From positions 1-44,825 of IMG/VR virus record IMGVR_UViG_3300045450_000021: a DNA stretch of 44,825 nucleotides, one strand, 5' to 3'. The translations under genes were made by a program, and so were the position numbers. Positions within the stretch are counted from its first letter, which is position 1; every line of letters starts with the position of its first letter. Positions 26,474 through 34,861 of this stretch are shown in pieces. The notes under the pieces are model-generated. The model was not told the DNA's origin. It was given only the letters and a program-made list of their open reading frames with translations, and did no database searches. The DNA comes from a virus.

Positions 26474-27591
26474 TCCGCCTCCAGCTTCATCTGGGCAACT
26501 GCCTGGACATCCTAAGGACCATGCCCGAATGCTCGGTCGATTCCATCGTAACAGACCCGCCCTACGGCCTTGCTTTCATGGGCAAGCGCTGGGACTACGA
26601 CGTGCCGAGCACCGAGATCTGGGCTGAGTGCCTGCGCGTGCTCAAGCCTGGCGGCCACCTGCTGGCGTTCGCCGGCACTCGCAGCCAGCACCGCATGGCC
26701 GTCCGCATCGAGGATGCCGGGTTCGAAATCCGCGACATGATCGCCTGGGTCTACGGGTCGGGATTCCCGAAGTCGCTGGACGTGAGCAAGGCGATCGACA
26801 AGGCGGCGGGAAACCAGCGCGGCACAACGCCAGATATTCGTAATGGCCCTAACACTAAACCGACGAAGGGGGACAAATACAGCGGCGGTTATGAAGGCCA
26901 ATCGAACACTGACGCAGGTCCAGTTTCCGAAGATGCGGCCCGATGGCAAGGGTGGGGCACCGCCCTCAAGCCCGCCCTGGAGCCAATCACCGTAGCCCGC
27001 AAGCCGCTAGCCGGCACTGTCGCGGCAAACGTGCTGGCACATGGGGCTGGGGCGCTGAACATCGACGGATGCCGGGTGCCTGGCGAGAGCACAATGCGGA
27101 CCACTGGCAAGGTGCTTTCTTCAAAAGGCGCGGCAGGAGGCGCGTGGAGCGCTCAATCTCATGAGCTGAGCGCCCGTGATGAGGTCATGGCCACTGGTAG
27201 CGAACTGGGCCGCTGGCCCGCCAACCTGATCCACGATGGCAGCGACGAGGTTGTGGCGCTGTTCCCGACAGAGAAGAGGCAGAGCGCCGCCCGGTTTTTC
27301 TACGCCCCCAAGGCAAGTAAGCGCGACCGTGGTGAGGGCAACACGCACCCTACCGTCAAGCCTACCGATCTGATGGCCTACCTGTGCCGCCTGGTGACCC
27401 CACCCGGCGGGATCGTGCTGGACCCGTTCATGGGCTCCGGCTCTACTGGCAAAGCGGCCATGCGCGAAGGCTTCCGCTTTATTGGCTGCGAGCTGGATGC
27501 TGGTTATTTCGAGATTGCAAAGGCTCGCATCAAGGCCGCACAACCCGCCGCAGACAACGACAACGGCGAACCATTGGAGCAAACAGCATGA
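26470..27591 (+). CDS. DNA methyltransferase (N6_N4 family, beta class; probably m6A)
   Basis: DPPY motif (SIVTDPPYG) near the N-terminus. AdoMet motif LDPFMGSGSTGKAA near the C-terminus. Confidence 0.85.
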   Translation: MIRLQLHLGNCLDILRTMPECSVDSIVTDPPYGLAFMGKRWDYDVPSTEIWAECLRVLKPGGHLLAFAGTRSQHRMAVRIEDAGFEIRDMIAWVYGSGFPKSLDVSKAIDKAAGNQRGTTPDIRNGPNTKPTKGDKYSGGYEGQSNTDAGPVSEDAARWQGWGTALKPALEPITVARKPLAGTVAANVLAHGAGALNIDGCRVPGESTMRTTGKVLSSKGAAGGAWSAQSHELSARDEVMATGSELGRWPANLIHDGSDEVVALFPTEKRQSAARFFYAPKASKRDRGEGNTHPTVKPTDLMAYLCRLVTPPGGIVLDPFMGSGSTGKAAMREGFRFIGCELDAGYFEIAKARIKAAQPAADNDNGEPLEQTA

Positions 27592-27872
27592 AGCATGCAC
27601 TGATCGCCCTGGCACTCGCACTGAGCGCCACCCAAGCCCACGCCAACAGCGCCAAGTTCTGCGTGTCCTGGGCTGACACCAGCGCCGAGATGTTCAACCT
27701 CCGCAAGCGCGGGCTGAACAAGGAAGACGTGAAAGAGCTGTCCACCGACGTGGCGCCATGGACAGTCGCCCATGAATACGCGCTGAAGCACGCCTTCGAA
27801 GCGAACACCAAGACCGACGTGGAAGCGTTCCGAATGACCAAGTTCCGGCAGTGCCGGGAGGATGATGTATGA
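27588..27872 (+). CDS. Small secreted protein (94 aa)
   Basis: Signal-peptide-like MKHALIALALALSATQAHA followed by NS. Two Cys residues. Coupled to the MTase and VRR-NUC genes. Confidence 0.6.
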   Translation: MKHALIALALALSATQAHANSAKFCVSWADTSAEMFNLRKRGLNKEDVKELSTDVAPWTVAHEYALKHAFEANTKTDVEAFRMTKFRQCREDDV

Positions 27873-28252
27873 ACGAACACGCCATCCAGAACACCATACG
27901 AAACGCGCTGGCGGGCAAGGGGCTGATCTTCAGGGCGAACGTTGGCCAGGCGTGGGTGGGTGAGGCTGCCAGGCTGCCTGGTGGGTCGGTGCTGCTGAAG
28001 AACGCCAGACCCTTCAGCACCGGGCTTCCAGCAGGGTTCAGCGACCTGTTCGGACTGGTGCCGGTTGTCATCACGCCTGACATGGTCGGCAAGACGGTTG
28101 CGGTCTTCACGGCGTTGGAGGTCAAGACCGCCAAAGGCCGCCCCAGTGACCAGCAAATGGCTTTCATCAAGGCCGTGAACGACAACGGCGGGCGGGCTGG
28201 GGTGGTGCGGTCGGCAGAGGATGCGCTGAACATCATCGCTGGCGTAGTCTGA
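27869..28252 (+). CDS. VRR-NUC domain nuclease
   Basis: FSDLFGLVP...VFTALEVKTAKGRPSDQQMAFIKAVNDNGGRAGVV is the VRR-NUC core pattern. Confidence 0.75.
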   Translation: MNEHAIQNTIRNALAGKGLIFRANVGQAWVGEAARLPGGSVLLKNARPFSTGLPAGFSDLFGLVPVVITPDMVGKTVAVFTALEVKTAKGRPSDQQMAFIKAVNDNGGRAGVVRSAEDALNIIAGVV

Positions 28253-28276
28253 TCAAGTAAATCTATTGAAGTGCAG

Positions 28277-28309
28277 AGGCCCATTGAAGCAATTCATTGG
28301 GCCTTTTTC
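28277..28309 (+). terminator. Rho-independent terminator
   Basis: 12-bp stem with one mismatch (AGGCCCATTGAA / TTCATTGGGCCT), a 4-nt loop (GCAA), then TTTTT. Confidence 0.7.
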
Positions 28310-28326
28310 ACGTATGTAAAGATAAT
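28286..28326 (+). promoter_or_regulatory. Early/middle promoter P-b (GAAGCAATTCATTGG; TTGGGC-18-GATAAT)
   Basis: 31/40 identity with P-c, including TTCACnnATGTAAAGATAATGG. Overlaps the 3' arm of the terminator. Confidence 0.55.
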
Positions 28327-28358
28327 GGGCCATCGAAACGCAAAAAGGAGCAACGAAA

Positions 28359-28517
28359 ATGAGCAATGAACAAGCATGGTTTATCGAGCAGCCTTATTCG
28401 TTCCGCATGGGATTTCAAGACTATCGCGGCGGCGAGAATTTCGATTCGCGTCGCAACGCTGAATGGCAACGCGGCTGGAAATGGGCAAACGCTAAAGGCG
28501 TATCGCGTAGCCGTTAA
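28359..28517 (+). CDS. Small protein (52 aa), weakly RMF-like
   Basis: AAAAGGAG RBS. MSNEQAWFIEQPYSFRMGFQDYRGGENFDSRRNAEWQRGWKWANAKG. Too short for the ORF track. Confidence 0.5.
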   Translation: MSNEQAWFIEQPYSFRMGFQDYRGGENFDSRRNAEWQRGWKWANAKGVSRSR

Positions 28518-28561
28518 TAAACACCCCCGGTTCGCCGGGCATCACTACTCACGGAGGTGCC

Positions 28562-28723
28562 GTGATCATCCAAGACGACCAGAGCTGCAAGCTATCGCGG
28601 CAGTTCTCCAGCAAGTGGGCGGCAGAGTTCGCCAGGCAGCGCATCTACAGCAAGACCGGCAAGCTGCGGCCGGTGGTGAAATGCAAATACTGCAAGGAAT
28701 GGCATCTAGGAGATGTGAAATGA
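28562..28723 (+). CDS. Small protein (53 aa), GTG start
   Basis: GGAGGTG RBS. Contains CKYCKEW. Its stop overlaps the next ATG. Confidence 0.4.
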   Translation: MIIQDDQSCKLSRQFSSKWAAEFARQRIYSKTGKLRPVVKCKYCKEWHLGDVK

Positions 28724-28899
28724 GACAGTTTATCTGCTTGCTGGCGGGCCTGGTGATCATCATGGCCCTGTTGCCTGGGAAGGACCCGCTGACCATGCAG
28801 CGCGCGATGTATTGCGAGATGGTACAGACCTGGAAAGACACCAATGGCCGCCACGGCTGGCCGGATTACAAGGGCACTGCGGTGCGGGAGTGTAAGTGA
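28720..28899 (+). CDS. Small membrane-anchored protein (59 aa)
   Basis: MRQFICLLAGLVIIMALLPGK hydrophobic N-terminus. C-terminal part of track ORF 28366-28899. Confidence 0.5.
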   Translation: MRQFICLLAGLVIIMALLPGKDPLTMQRAMYCEMVQTWKDTNGRHGWPDYKGTAVRECK

Positions 28900-29243
28900 T
28901 GGACAAGGCAAGAGAGGAGTTCGAAGCTTACGTAATCAAACATAAGGGCCCATTCTTCATATCAAAAACCGACAGTCCAGCTTGCTGGAAGGGTACTGAT
29001 GAAGAAATCAAGGGCTGGGAATCTGATCCATACGATAACCCATGGACCAGCGGAGCCTGGTGGTCCTGGCAAGCAGCCTACGAAGCGGGCCGCAACGCAT
29101 CTCGCCGTCCGGTGGCGATAGTGAAGACCTTCGGCAAGCGTCAGGCAGTCTATTCCGAAGGCGACCTTGTGCGCGGCGGTTTCGACAGCGTTCCAGAGGC
29201 CAGGGAGTGGGCGCAGTCCAACGGGTTTGAGGTATACCCATGA
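28896..29243 (+). CDS. Hypothetical protein (115 aa)
   Basis: Coupled ORF with plausible composition. Confidence 0.6.
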   Translation: MMDKAREEFEAYVIKHKGPFFISKTDSPACWKGTDEEIKGWESDPYDNPWTSGAWWSWQAAYEAGRNASRRPVAIVKTFGKRQAVYSEGDLVRGGFDSVPEAREWAQSNGFEVYP

Positions 29244-29431
29244 ACGACATCATGCGCAAATGCTACCTGGACCTGGCAGACAACTGTGTTCAGTTCGCTT
29301 CGGATGTTCGCCAGCAGTTTCTGAACAGCGAGTTCCCATCGCTCAGGCGCAAGGCGCTGAAGGTGTTCTGCCAGGAAATGGTCAGGCATGATCGGCACCT
29401 GGCCAAAGCCGCCATGGAGGATCGCCCATGA
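29240..29431 (+). CDS. Hypothetical protein (63 aa)
   Basis: ATGA coupling on both sides. Confidence 0.5.
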   Translation: MNDIMRKCYLDLADNCVQFASDVRQQFLNSEFPSLRRKALKVFCQEMVRHDRHLAKAAMEDRP

Positions 29432-29526
29432 CCGCCCTCTGGTGGCTCCTGTTCATCCTGACCGCGCCCACGCCAGTGATGGGTGATTGGCTGGGTGATG
29501 GGGCTGGCAGGGAGGATGAGAAGTGA
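29428..29526 (+). CDS. Very small hydrophobic protein (32 aa)
   Basis: MTALWWLLFILTAPTPVMG. Overlapping start and stop with its neighbours. Confidence 0.35.
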   Translation: MTALWWLLFILTAPTPVMGDWLGDGAGREDEK

Positions 29527-29717
29527 AAGTCAGGCGCATACCCCCAAGGGATCGTAGCAAGCCGGTCCTGGCCCGCCCCGATCACGGTTGCAGCCTTGAA
29601 GAGGCAATGGCGCTCACCATGGATCGATATGGGCAGCCGGGAGGCGCCCTGGAACAGCTGGCAGAGATTGAGCGTGAAGAACGGTCAACTCTGCCGGCCA
29701 GCGATGAACCACAGTGA
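29523..29717 (+). CDS. Hypothetical protein (64 aa), GTG start
   Basis: Coupled ORF. Confidence 0.4.
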   Translation: MKVRRIPPRDRSKPVLARPDHGCSLEEAMALTMDRYGQPGGALEQLAEIEREERSTLPASDEPQ

Positions 29718-29720
29718 ATA

Positions 29721-29750
29721 TTTACATATTCAAAGACGCCCCTGTATTAT
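29721..29750 (+). promoter_or_regulatory. Predicted sigma70-type promoter (TTTACA-18-TATTAT)
   Basis: AT-rich island upstream of the HTH gene at 29782. Confidence 0.4.
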
Positions 29751-29781
29751 GGGGCACCATCAGCCGACCAGTTCACAGATC

Positions 29782-29961
29782 ATGACCAACAAAACCCAGC
29801 AGCTGTGCCAGCTGATGACGGATCGAAACCTGTCGGCAGACGACGTGGCCAGGCTCCTGAATCGATCCGTACAGACCGTATACATGTGGCGCTGCGAGTC
29901 CAGCGGCCGGGACATCCCGGAACATACGCTGGAGCTACTGCGCGCCAAGGCGGGCCAGTGA
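29782..29961 (+). CDS. Small HTH protein (Cro/CII-like, 59 aa)
   Basis: LSADDVARLLNRSVQTVYMWR is HTH-like. The internal ATG of track ORF 29596-29961 lies downstream of the predicted promoter. Confidence 0.55.
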   Translation: MTNKTQQLCQLMTDRNLSADDVARLLNRSVQTVYMWRCESSGRDIPEHTLELLRAKAGQ

Positions 29962-30224
29962 ACGCCTGCAACTGGAAGCCATCCCTGGTGATCCTGCACG
30001 ATGGGCGCCAGGTGATGAGTGATAGTGAGGAATGGCGACTGGAGTGCGAGGCAGTCACCATTCTGTCCATGCCTCTGGCCTCCAGGCGCACGTTCCTGCG
30101 TGGAAAGCTCGATGACAAGGGCGCCCTGCGAGACGGGGTTTTCCAGCGCCGGGGCGAGGCCGCATGCCTGAAGCTGGAAGATGCTATCAAGAAAATCTGG
30201 TACTCACGTCGCAGTTCCGATTAG
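29958..30224 (+). CDS. Hypothetical protein (88 aa), GTG start
   Basis: Coupled to the HTH gene. Confidence 0.45.
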   Translation: MNACNWKPSLVILHDGRQVMSDSEEWRLECEAVTILSMPLASRRTFLRGKLDDKGALRDGVFQRRGEAACLKLEDAIKKIWYSRRSSD

Positions 30225-30289
30225 ACTAACTGAACTGCCTTCATGGTGCGGGGCAGTACATCACCGAAGCGCCATAGAGATAACCGAAA

Positions 30290-30571
30290 ATGACCAAGCT
30301 ATTCGCCACAGGCGATGCGCGCTATCGCATCGAACGCCTGATCAAGACCCTCCGCATTGCCCGCGAAATCCTGGCCCTGTCTGAGAGCCAGACCAACCTT
30401 CTAATCCGTGACCTTACCGACTCCAGGGGTGAGCTGACCATCAACTGGTCTGCCGAGCCTACTTCACGCCAGTGCGATGCGTTCGCAGCTGCGTGGGAGC
30501 TGGTGGGCGAGGACGGCAAATCCGTGAAGAACATCTGCGCCGAAGTCGGACGGCTGGAGTGGGAAGTATGA
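30290..30571 (+). CDS. Hypothetical protein (93 aa)
   Basis: Its stop overlaps the primase ATG. Confidence 0.6.
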   Translation: MTKLFATGDARYRIERLIKTLRIAREILALSESQTNLLIRDLTDSRGELTINWSAEPTSRQCDAFAAAWELVGEDGKSVKNICAEVGRLEWEV

Positions 30572-32826
30572 GCGCCCTCCAGAGCTACCGCGACCTGACC
30601 GAAACCGAGATTGAACAGGCCCTTACCTACATCGACGCCGATTGCACCCGCGAAGAGTGGGTGAAGATCGGCATGGCCATCAAGTCCGAGCTTGGCAACG
30701 GCGGTTTCGACATATGGGACGCCTGGTCCAAGTCCGCAGCCGGCCGCTACAGCGCCAAGGCATCGCGCGACACCTGGAAGTCCATCAAGCCCACTGGCGG
30801 TGTCAACATCGCCACTCTGATCTATGAGGCCAAGCAGTTTGGCTTCAGCCTGGATGAATCCCGCCGCGAGCCCATCGACCAGGCGCAAATTGAAGCGCGC
30901 CGCGCCAAGCGCCGGCAGGAAGAGGAATCCGCCCAGGCCGAAATCAACCGTAAGCGAGCCGATGCCGCCGAGCAGGCCAACATCCTGTGGCTGGCAGCTC
31001 AGCCGGTGGAGGGTGAAGGTCACCCGTACCTCCAGCGCAAGGGTGTGCAGTCGTTCGGCCTGAAGGTCGGCAAGTGGACCAAGGGCCAGGAAGCCCTGCT
31101 GATCCCCATGCTGAACGTGGATGGCCACCTGGTCAGCCTCCAAGCCATTTTCACCAACGTGAACCCTGAGCTGGGGCGCGACAAGGACTACCTGTATGGC
31201 GGCCAGCGCCGTGGCAGCTTCCACCTGATCGGCGGCAAGCCGGCCGGCAGCCAGCCCACCGTGGTCGTATGCGAAGGCTATGCGACAGGTGCCACCATCC
31301 ACCAGGCCACAGGACACTGCGTCGCCGTGGCGTTCGATGCCGGCAACCTGGTTTCGGTTGCCAAGGCCATGCGCGAGCTGTTCGGCAATGCCACCATCCT
31401 GATTGCCGCCGACAACGACAACTGGACGGACGGCAACCCCGGTATCCACCACGCGCGCCAGGCCGCAACTGTGGCAGGCGCCATCGTCGCCGTGCCGACA
31501 TTCGAAAGCCTTGACGGAAAGCCAACCGACTTCAACGACCTGCATGCGCGCCAGGGTGTCGAGGCGGTTCGCGAGCAGCTGAACGCCGTACTGCCCAAGG
31601 CGGACAATGACAACCATCTGCCGCTGGACAGCAACGTCAACCCGTTCATGTTCCCGCACCTGTCCGAGCGCCAACAGCCGCTGAACACCTGGGAGAACCT
31701 GGAGTGGCTGCTTGATCAGTACGGCATCACTGCGCGTTACAACGTCACCAGCAAGGATGTGATTGTCAAAGTGCCTGGGCGAGACTGGGGCCAGGACGCC
31801 GCTGCCAACTGCGCGCTGGCAGAGGTCAACAGCCTGTGCGCCCGCAATCGCATGCCGAAGGGCGATACGGACAGCTACCTGAAGCTGATCGGAATGAACA
31901 ACCGCTTCAACCCAGTTTATGACTTCATCACTTCCAAGCCCTGGGATGGTGTCAGCCGCTTGAAAGCCATTTGCGACACCCTTGGCACCGAAGACGGTTA
32001 TGATCGCGACATGCTGGAGCGCCTGGTGCGTCGCTGGCTAGTTTCCTGCGTTGCTGCCGCTCTGCTGCCAACTGGTTTCTGGTCCAAGGGCGTGCTGGTG
32101 CTCCAGGGTCCGCAGTCGCTGGGCAAGACGGCCTGGATCAAGTCCCTGCTGCCCGCATCACAGCGCGAGCTGGTGAAGATCGGGGCCAACATCGACCCCA
32201 CCAACAAGGACACCATCAGCAGCGCCATCGGCCACTGGATCGTGGAGCTGGGTGAGCTGGATGGTACTTTTCGCAAGGCCGACATAGCCAAGCTGAAGGC
32301 ATTCATCAGCAGCGACGTGGACATGCTGCGCCGGCCGTATGATCGGCTGGAGTCGAAGTATCAGCGGCGCACCGTGTTTTTTGCGAGCGTGAACCCGAAG
32401 CACTTCCTGGCCGACGACACCGGCAACGTGCGCTGGTGGACTATCCCGGTCACTTCCGTGAACTACGCCCACGACATCGACACCCAGCAGCTTTGGGCGG
32501 AGATGGCCGTCCTGTTCCGTGATGGCGAGCGCTGGTGGCTGGAGCGCGAAGAGGAAGCAGCCCTGGAGCTGGTCAACAATGAGCACGAGGCCATAGACCC
32601 GCTGGAAGAAATCTTGCAACAGCGCTTCAACTGGGTGCAACGCGGCCATGGCAGCGAGATGACCGCTACCGACGTTCTTTTGGCTGTTGGCTTCGACCGC
32701 CCAACCAAGACCCAGGCCACCGATTGCAGCAAGCTGCTTCAGAAGATGACCGGAGACAAGCCAAGGAAGTCAGGTAGTCGGCGCCTGTTCAGGATGCCGC
32801 CCATAGTCGAGACGCGACCGCTCTGA
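30568..32826 (+). CDS. Primase / replicative protein (PriCT-2-like N-terminus, Toprim, VirE-like P-loop domain)
   Basis: EEWVKIGMAIKSELGNGGFDIWDAWS. Toprim VVVCEGYATGATI...IAADNDNW. P-loop LQGPQSLGKT. ATG at 30568 preferred. Confidence 0.8.
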   Translation: MSALQSYRDLTETEIEQALTYIDADCTREEWVKIGMAIKSELGNGGFDIWDAWSKSAAGRYSAKASRDTWKSIKPTGGVNIATLIYEAKQFGFSLDESRREPIDQAQIEARRAKRRQEEESAQAEINRKRADAAEQANILWLAAQPVEGEGHPYLQRKGVQSFGLKVGKWTKGQEALLIPMLNVDGHLVSLQAIFTNVNPELGRDKDYLYGGQRRGSFHLIGGKPAGSQPTVVVCEGYATGATIHQATGHCVAVAFDAGNLVSVAKAMRELFGNATILIAADNDNWTDGNPGIHHARQAATVAGAIVAVPTFESLDGKPTDFNDLHARQGVEAVREQLNAVLPKADNDNHLPLDSNVNPFMFPHLSERQQPLNTWENLEWLLDQYGITARYNVTSKDVIVKVPGRDWGQDAAANCALAEVNSLCARNRMPKGDTDSYLKLIGMNNRFNPVYDFITSKPWDGVSRLKAICDTLGTEDGYDRDMLERLVRRWLVSCVAAALLPTGFWSKGVLVLQGPQSLGKTAWIKSLLPASQRELVKIGANIDPTNKDTISSAIGHWIVELGELDGTFRKADIAKLKAFISSDVDMLRRPYDRLESKYQRRTVFFASVNPKHFLADDTGNVRWWTIPVTSVNYAHDIDTQQLWAEMAVLFRDGERWWLEREEEAALELVNNEHEAIDPLEEILQQRFNWVQRGHGSEMTATDVLLAVGFDRPTKTQATDCSKLLQKMTGDKPRKSGSRRLFRMPPIVETRPL

Positions 32827-32830
32827 CAAC

Positions 32831-32855
32831 AACCCCGCTTCGGCGGGGTTTTTTA
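32831..32855 (+). terminator. Rho-independent terminator
   Basis: AACCCCGC-TTCG-GCGGGGTT followed by TTTTATT. Confidence 0.85.
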
Positions 32856-32875
32856 TTGCCTGCGTTCTGGTGATA

Positions 32876-32916
32876 GAAAACATTCATTGGTGAGTCTTCA
32901 CAGATGTAAAGATAAT
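32876..32916 (+). promoter_or_regulatory. Early/middle promoter P-c (GAAAACATTCATTGG; TTGGTG-18-GATAAT)
   Basis: Paralogue of P-b. Lies between a terminator and the next operon. Confidence 0.55.
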
Positions 32917-32947
32917 GGTCCCACACCAACCAGCAAGGACTGCCGAA

Positions 32948-33187
32948 ATGTGCCAGAGCTATGCCGCATGGCTTCGCGGGGAAATCGACAAGTGCGCAAG
33001 CCCATGGGTGATGAACGCCGTCATCATCCCGCACGCCGAGGACGTGGCTGCGATCTACCGGCGAGAGCTGGGCACCATCAGGAACAACGTTGTCCGCGTC
33101 CACCTGATGAACAGCCTGGCCGAATTCGAACAGATGATTGAATCAGCAAGAAACCACTTCAACAAACCCAGAGGTGCCAATGTATGA
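32948..33187 (+). CDS. Hypothetical protein (79 aa)
   Basis: AAGGA RBS. This is the first ATG downstream of the predicted -10. Confidence 0.55.
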   Translation: MCQSYAAWLRGEIDKCASPWVMNAVIIPHAEDVAAIYRRELGTIRNNVVRVHLMNSLAEFEQMIESARNHFNKPRGANV

Positions 33188-34047
33188 ACACAGAAAAACA
33201 GATTGACGATTTGCACGAAGCGCTGGCGAGCACCGAAAGTGAGTTGCGGGATGAACGCGAAGCCCTGACGCGGGTGGAGGCGGAGCGTGACTCGGCGAGG
33301 CTATCCGTGGACCTCTGGAAGGAGCAGTACCAATCAGTTGTAGACTGCGGCAATGAGATCATGGCCGAACGCGACGCCGCCCAGGCGCATCTGGCGGAGG
33401 CTGTGGGGCTTCTGCGCAGCGCCGAACACCAGCTGGTCAGCTTCCACCGAGAACACGAGTCGCAGTGGTGTGGCTATCTGGATGATGCGCTAGGAGTCAT
33501 CAAGCACATCATCGGCAGCCACGCCCAGACCGAGCAGCAGGAAGCCCATGGGGCGCAGGCCGAGCCTACGAACTTCGGCCAGGAACTGGAAGCTTTCGAG
33601 AAGTGGCGGCACACGCAAGCAGACTCCCTGCGCCGCTGCGGGTATCCAGACGCGGCTGACAAGTTCATCCAGCTGGGTTCTGTCCAGTGGGCTGGGTGGC
33701 AAGCCCGCGCCGCCCTCGCCACCCAGCCCGCCGCTTGTGAGCCGGTTGCACCGAAAGAAGTCGCCGAAGTGACCGTCACCCTTCGAGATGGCATGAAGTC
33801 GTTCGCATTCAATGAGTACAGCGAAGCCTACAATCTGCCGGAAGGCTTGCACCACCTCTACACCTCCGCCCCGCCTGCCGCCGCGCATGGGGATGACCGA
33901 GTATCGGGACTACGGTGGGTTATCGCCCGGTGCGCCGTGATGCAGAAACAGGGTTTCGAGCGAGTGCTGCTGAAAGCGTTCAAGCGCGACCTTGAGGTGG
34001 CCCTAGATGCCATGCGCGCCCAGGCCGGCGAAGGGGGTGAGGTGTGA
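33184..34047 (+). CDS. Hypothetical protein with an N-terminal coiled coil (287 aa)
   Basis: Coupled ORF. No recognisable catalytic motif. Confidence 0.65.
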   Translation: MNTEKQIDDLHEALASTESELRDEREALTRVEAERDSARLSVDLWKEQYQSVVDCGNEIMAERDAAQAHLAEAVGLLRSAEHQLVSFHREHESQWCGYLDDALGVIKHIIGSHAQTEQQEAHGAQAEPTNFGQELEAFEKWRHTQADSLRRCGYPDAADKFIQLGSVQWAGWQARAALATQPAACEPVAPKEVAEVTVTLRDGMKSFAFNEYSEAYNLPEGLHHLYTSAPPAAAHGDDRVSGLRWVIARCAVMQKQGFERVLLKAFKRDLEVALDAMRAQAGEGGEV

Positions 34048-34175
34048 GTAAGCGCGTCTGCTACAGGTGCTTGCACGTTAGCGAGCCTGCCCGTCACTTC
34101 TCCAGCAGTGCCAAGATTTGGTATCTCGGCTGCATCAACTGCAAGTGCGGCGTCTTTTTTGGGGGTGACGCATGA
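34044..34175 (+). CDS. Possible small zinc-ribbon protein (43 aa), GTG start
   Basis: CYRC...CINCKC. Its stop overlaps the next ATG. Confidence 0.35.
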   Translation: MSKRVCYRCLHVSEPARHFSSSAKIWYLGCINCKCGVFFGGDA

Positions 34176-34582
34176 TCCTGCTGACCTGCCCCCGCTGCCA
34201 CAAGGCTGACGAAGAATGCCAGTGCTGGCCGCTGGTGAGCATCGCCCAGATCGAAGCCCGCTGGGGCATGCCTTTCTCCCAGCTACTGGAGGACCTGGCC
34301 GAACAGGACTTCTCCATGCGCCAGGCGGCCATAGCGCTGGGCTGCAACAGGGAGGCGCTGCGGGTCTACGTTGCCAGCATGGAACGCAGCCCATGGGCGC
34401 CCAGGGAGGTGGCAGCGGTGTGGTTACGCCAGACCGGCGAGACGATAACCGCAGCAGCCCGCCGGCTGGCCGAGACGCACACCATTAGCCAGGCTGCCAG
34501 GGTGCTGGGGTATTACAACTGCATGGGGCTGCGCAAAGCCCTGAAGGTGCGCGGGGTCACGGTCCAGTTCCAGCGCGCATGA
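34172..34582 (+). CDS. Putative DNA-binding protein (zinc ribbon plus two HTH-like segments)
   Basis: CPRCHKADEECQC, FSMRQAAIALGCNREALRVYV and HTISQAARVLGYYNCMGLRKAL. Confidence 0.55.
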   Translation: MILLTCPRCHKADEECQCWPLVSIAQIEARWGMPFSQLLEDLAEQDFSMRQAAIALGCNREALRVYVASMERSPWAPREVAAVWLRQTGETITAAARRLAETHTISQAARVLGYYNCMGLRKALKVRGVTVQFQRA

Positions 34583-34608
34583 CCGCCAACCGCTGATGAT
34601 CCACACTA

Positions 34609-34636
34609 ACGGCTCCCATTCAGGAGCCGTTTTCTT
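34609..34636 (+). terminator. Rho-independent terminator
   Basis: ACGGCTCC-N6-GGAGCCGT followed by TTTCTT. Confidence 0.65.
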
Positions 34637-34861
34637 ATGTCCAGTCCAGACTACCCACCAAAGCCTACAGAATTCGCCAGGATCAACGATCAGTGCAAGG
34701 CCGTGGGGCAGCACTACCAGCAGGGAGAAATGGCAGCAGGCGAAGCCCTGGCCACGCTGGAGCTATTGCGCGCTGACGCCGTGAGACTTCCAGCAGAGGA
34801 TGACCGCTCGCTGCTGCTTGGTCGCATCTACGCCACCAGCCTGACGATACGCAGGGGATGA
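34637..34861 (+). CDS. Hypothetical protein (74 aa)
   Basis: The ORF starts directly after the terminator. Its only SD-like sequence (AGGAG) lies inside the hairpin. Confidence 0.4.
   Translation: MSSPDYPPKPTEFARINDQCKAVGQHYQQGEMAAGEALATLELLRADAVRLPAEDDRSLLLGRIYATSLTIRRG

Noticed and set aside
28366-28899. 177-aa ORF from the six-frame track.
   Set aside because: The N-terminal two-thirds are Arg/Ala-rich with no RBS. The region is better explained by three small RBS-preceded, coupled genes: 28359-28517 and 28562-28723 in other frames, and 28720-28899 in the same frame.
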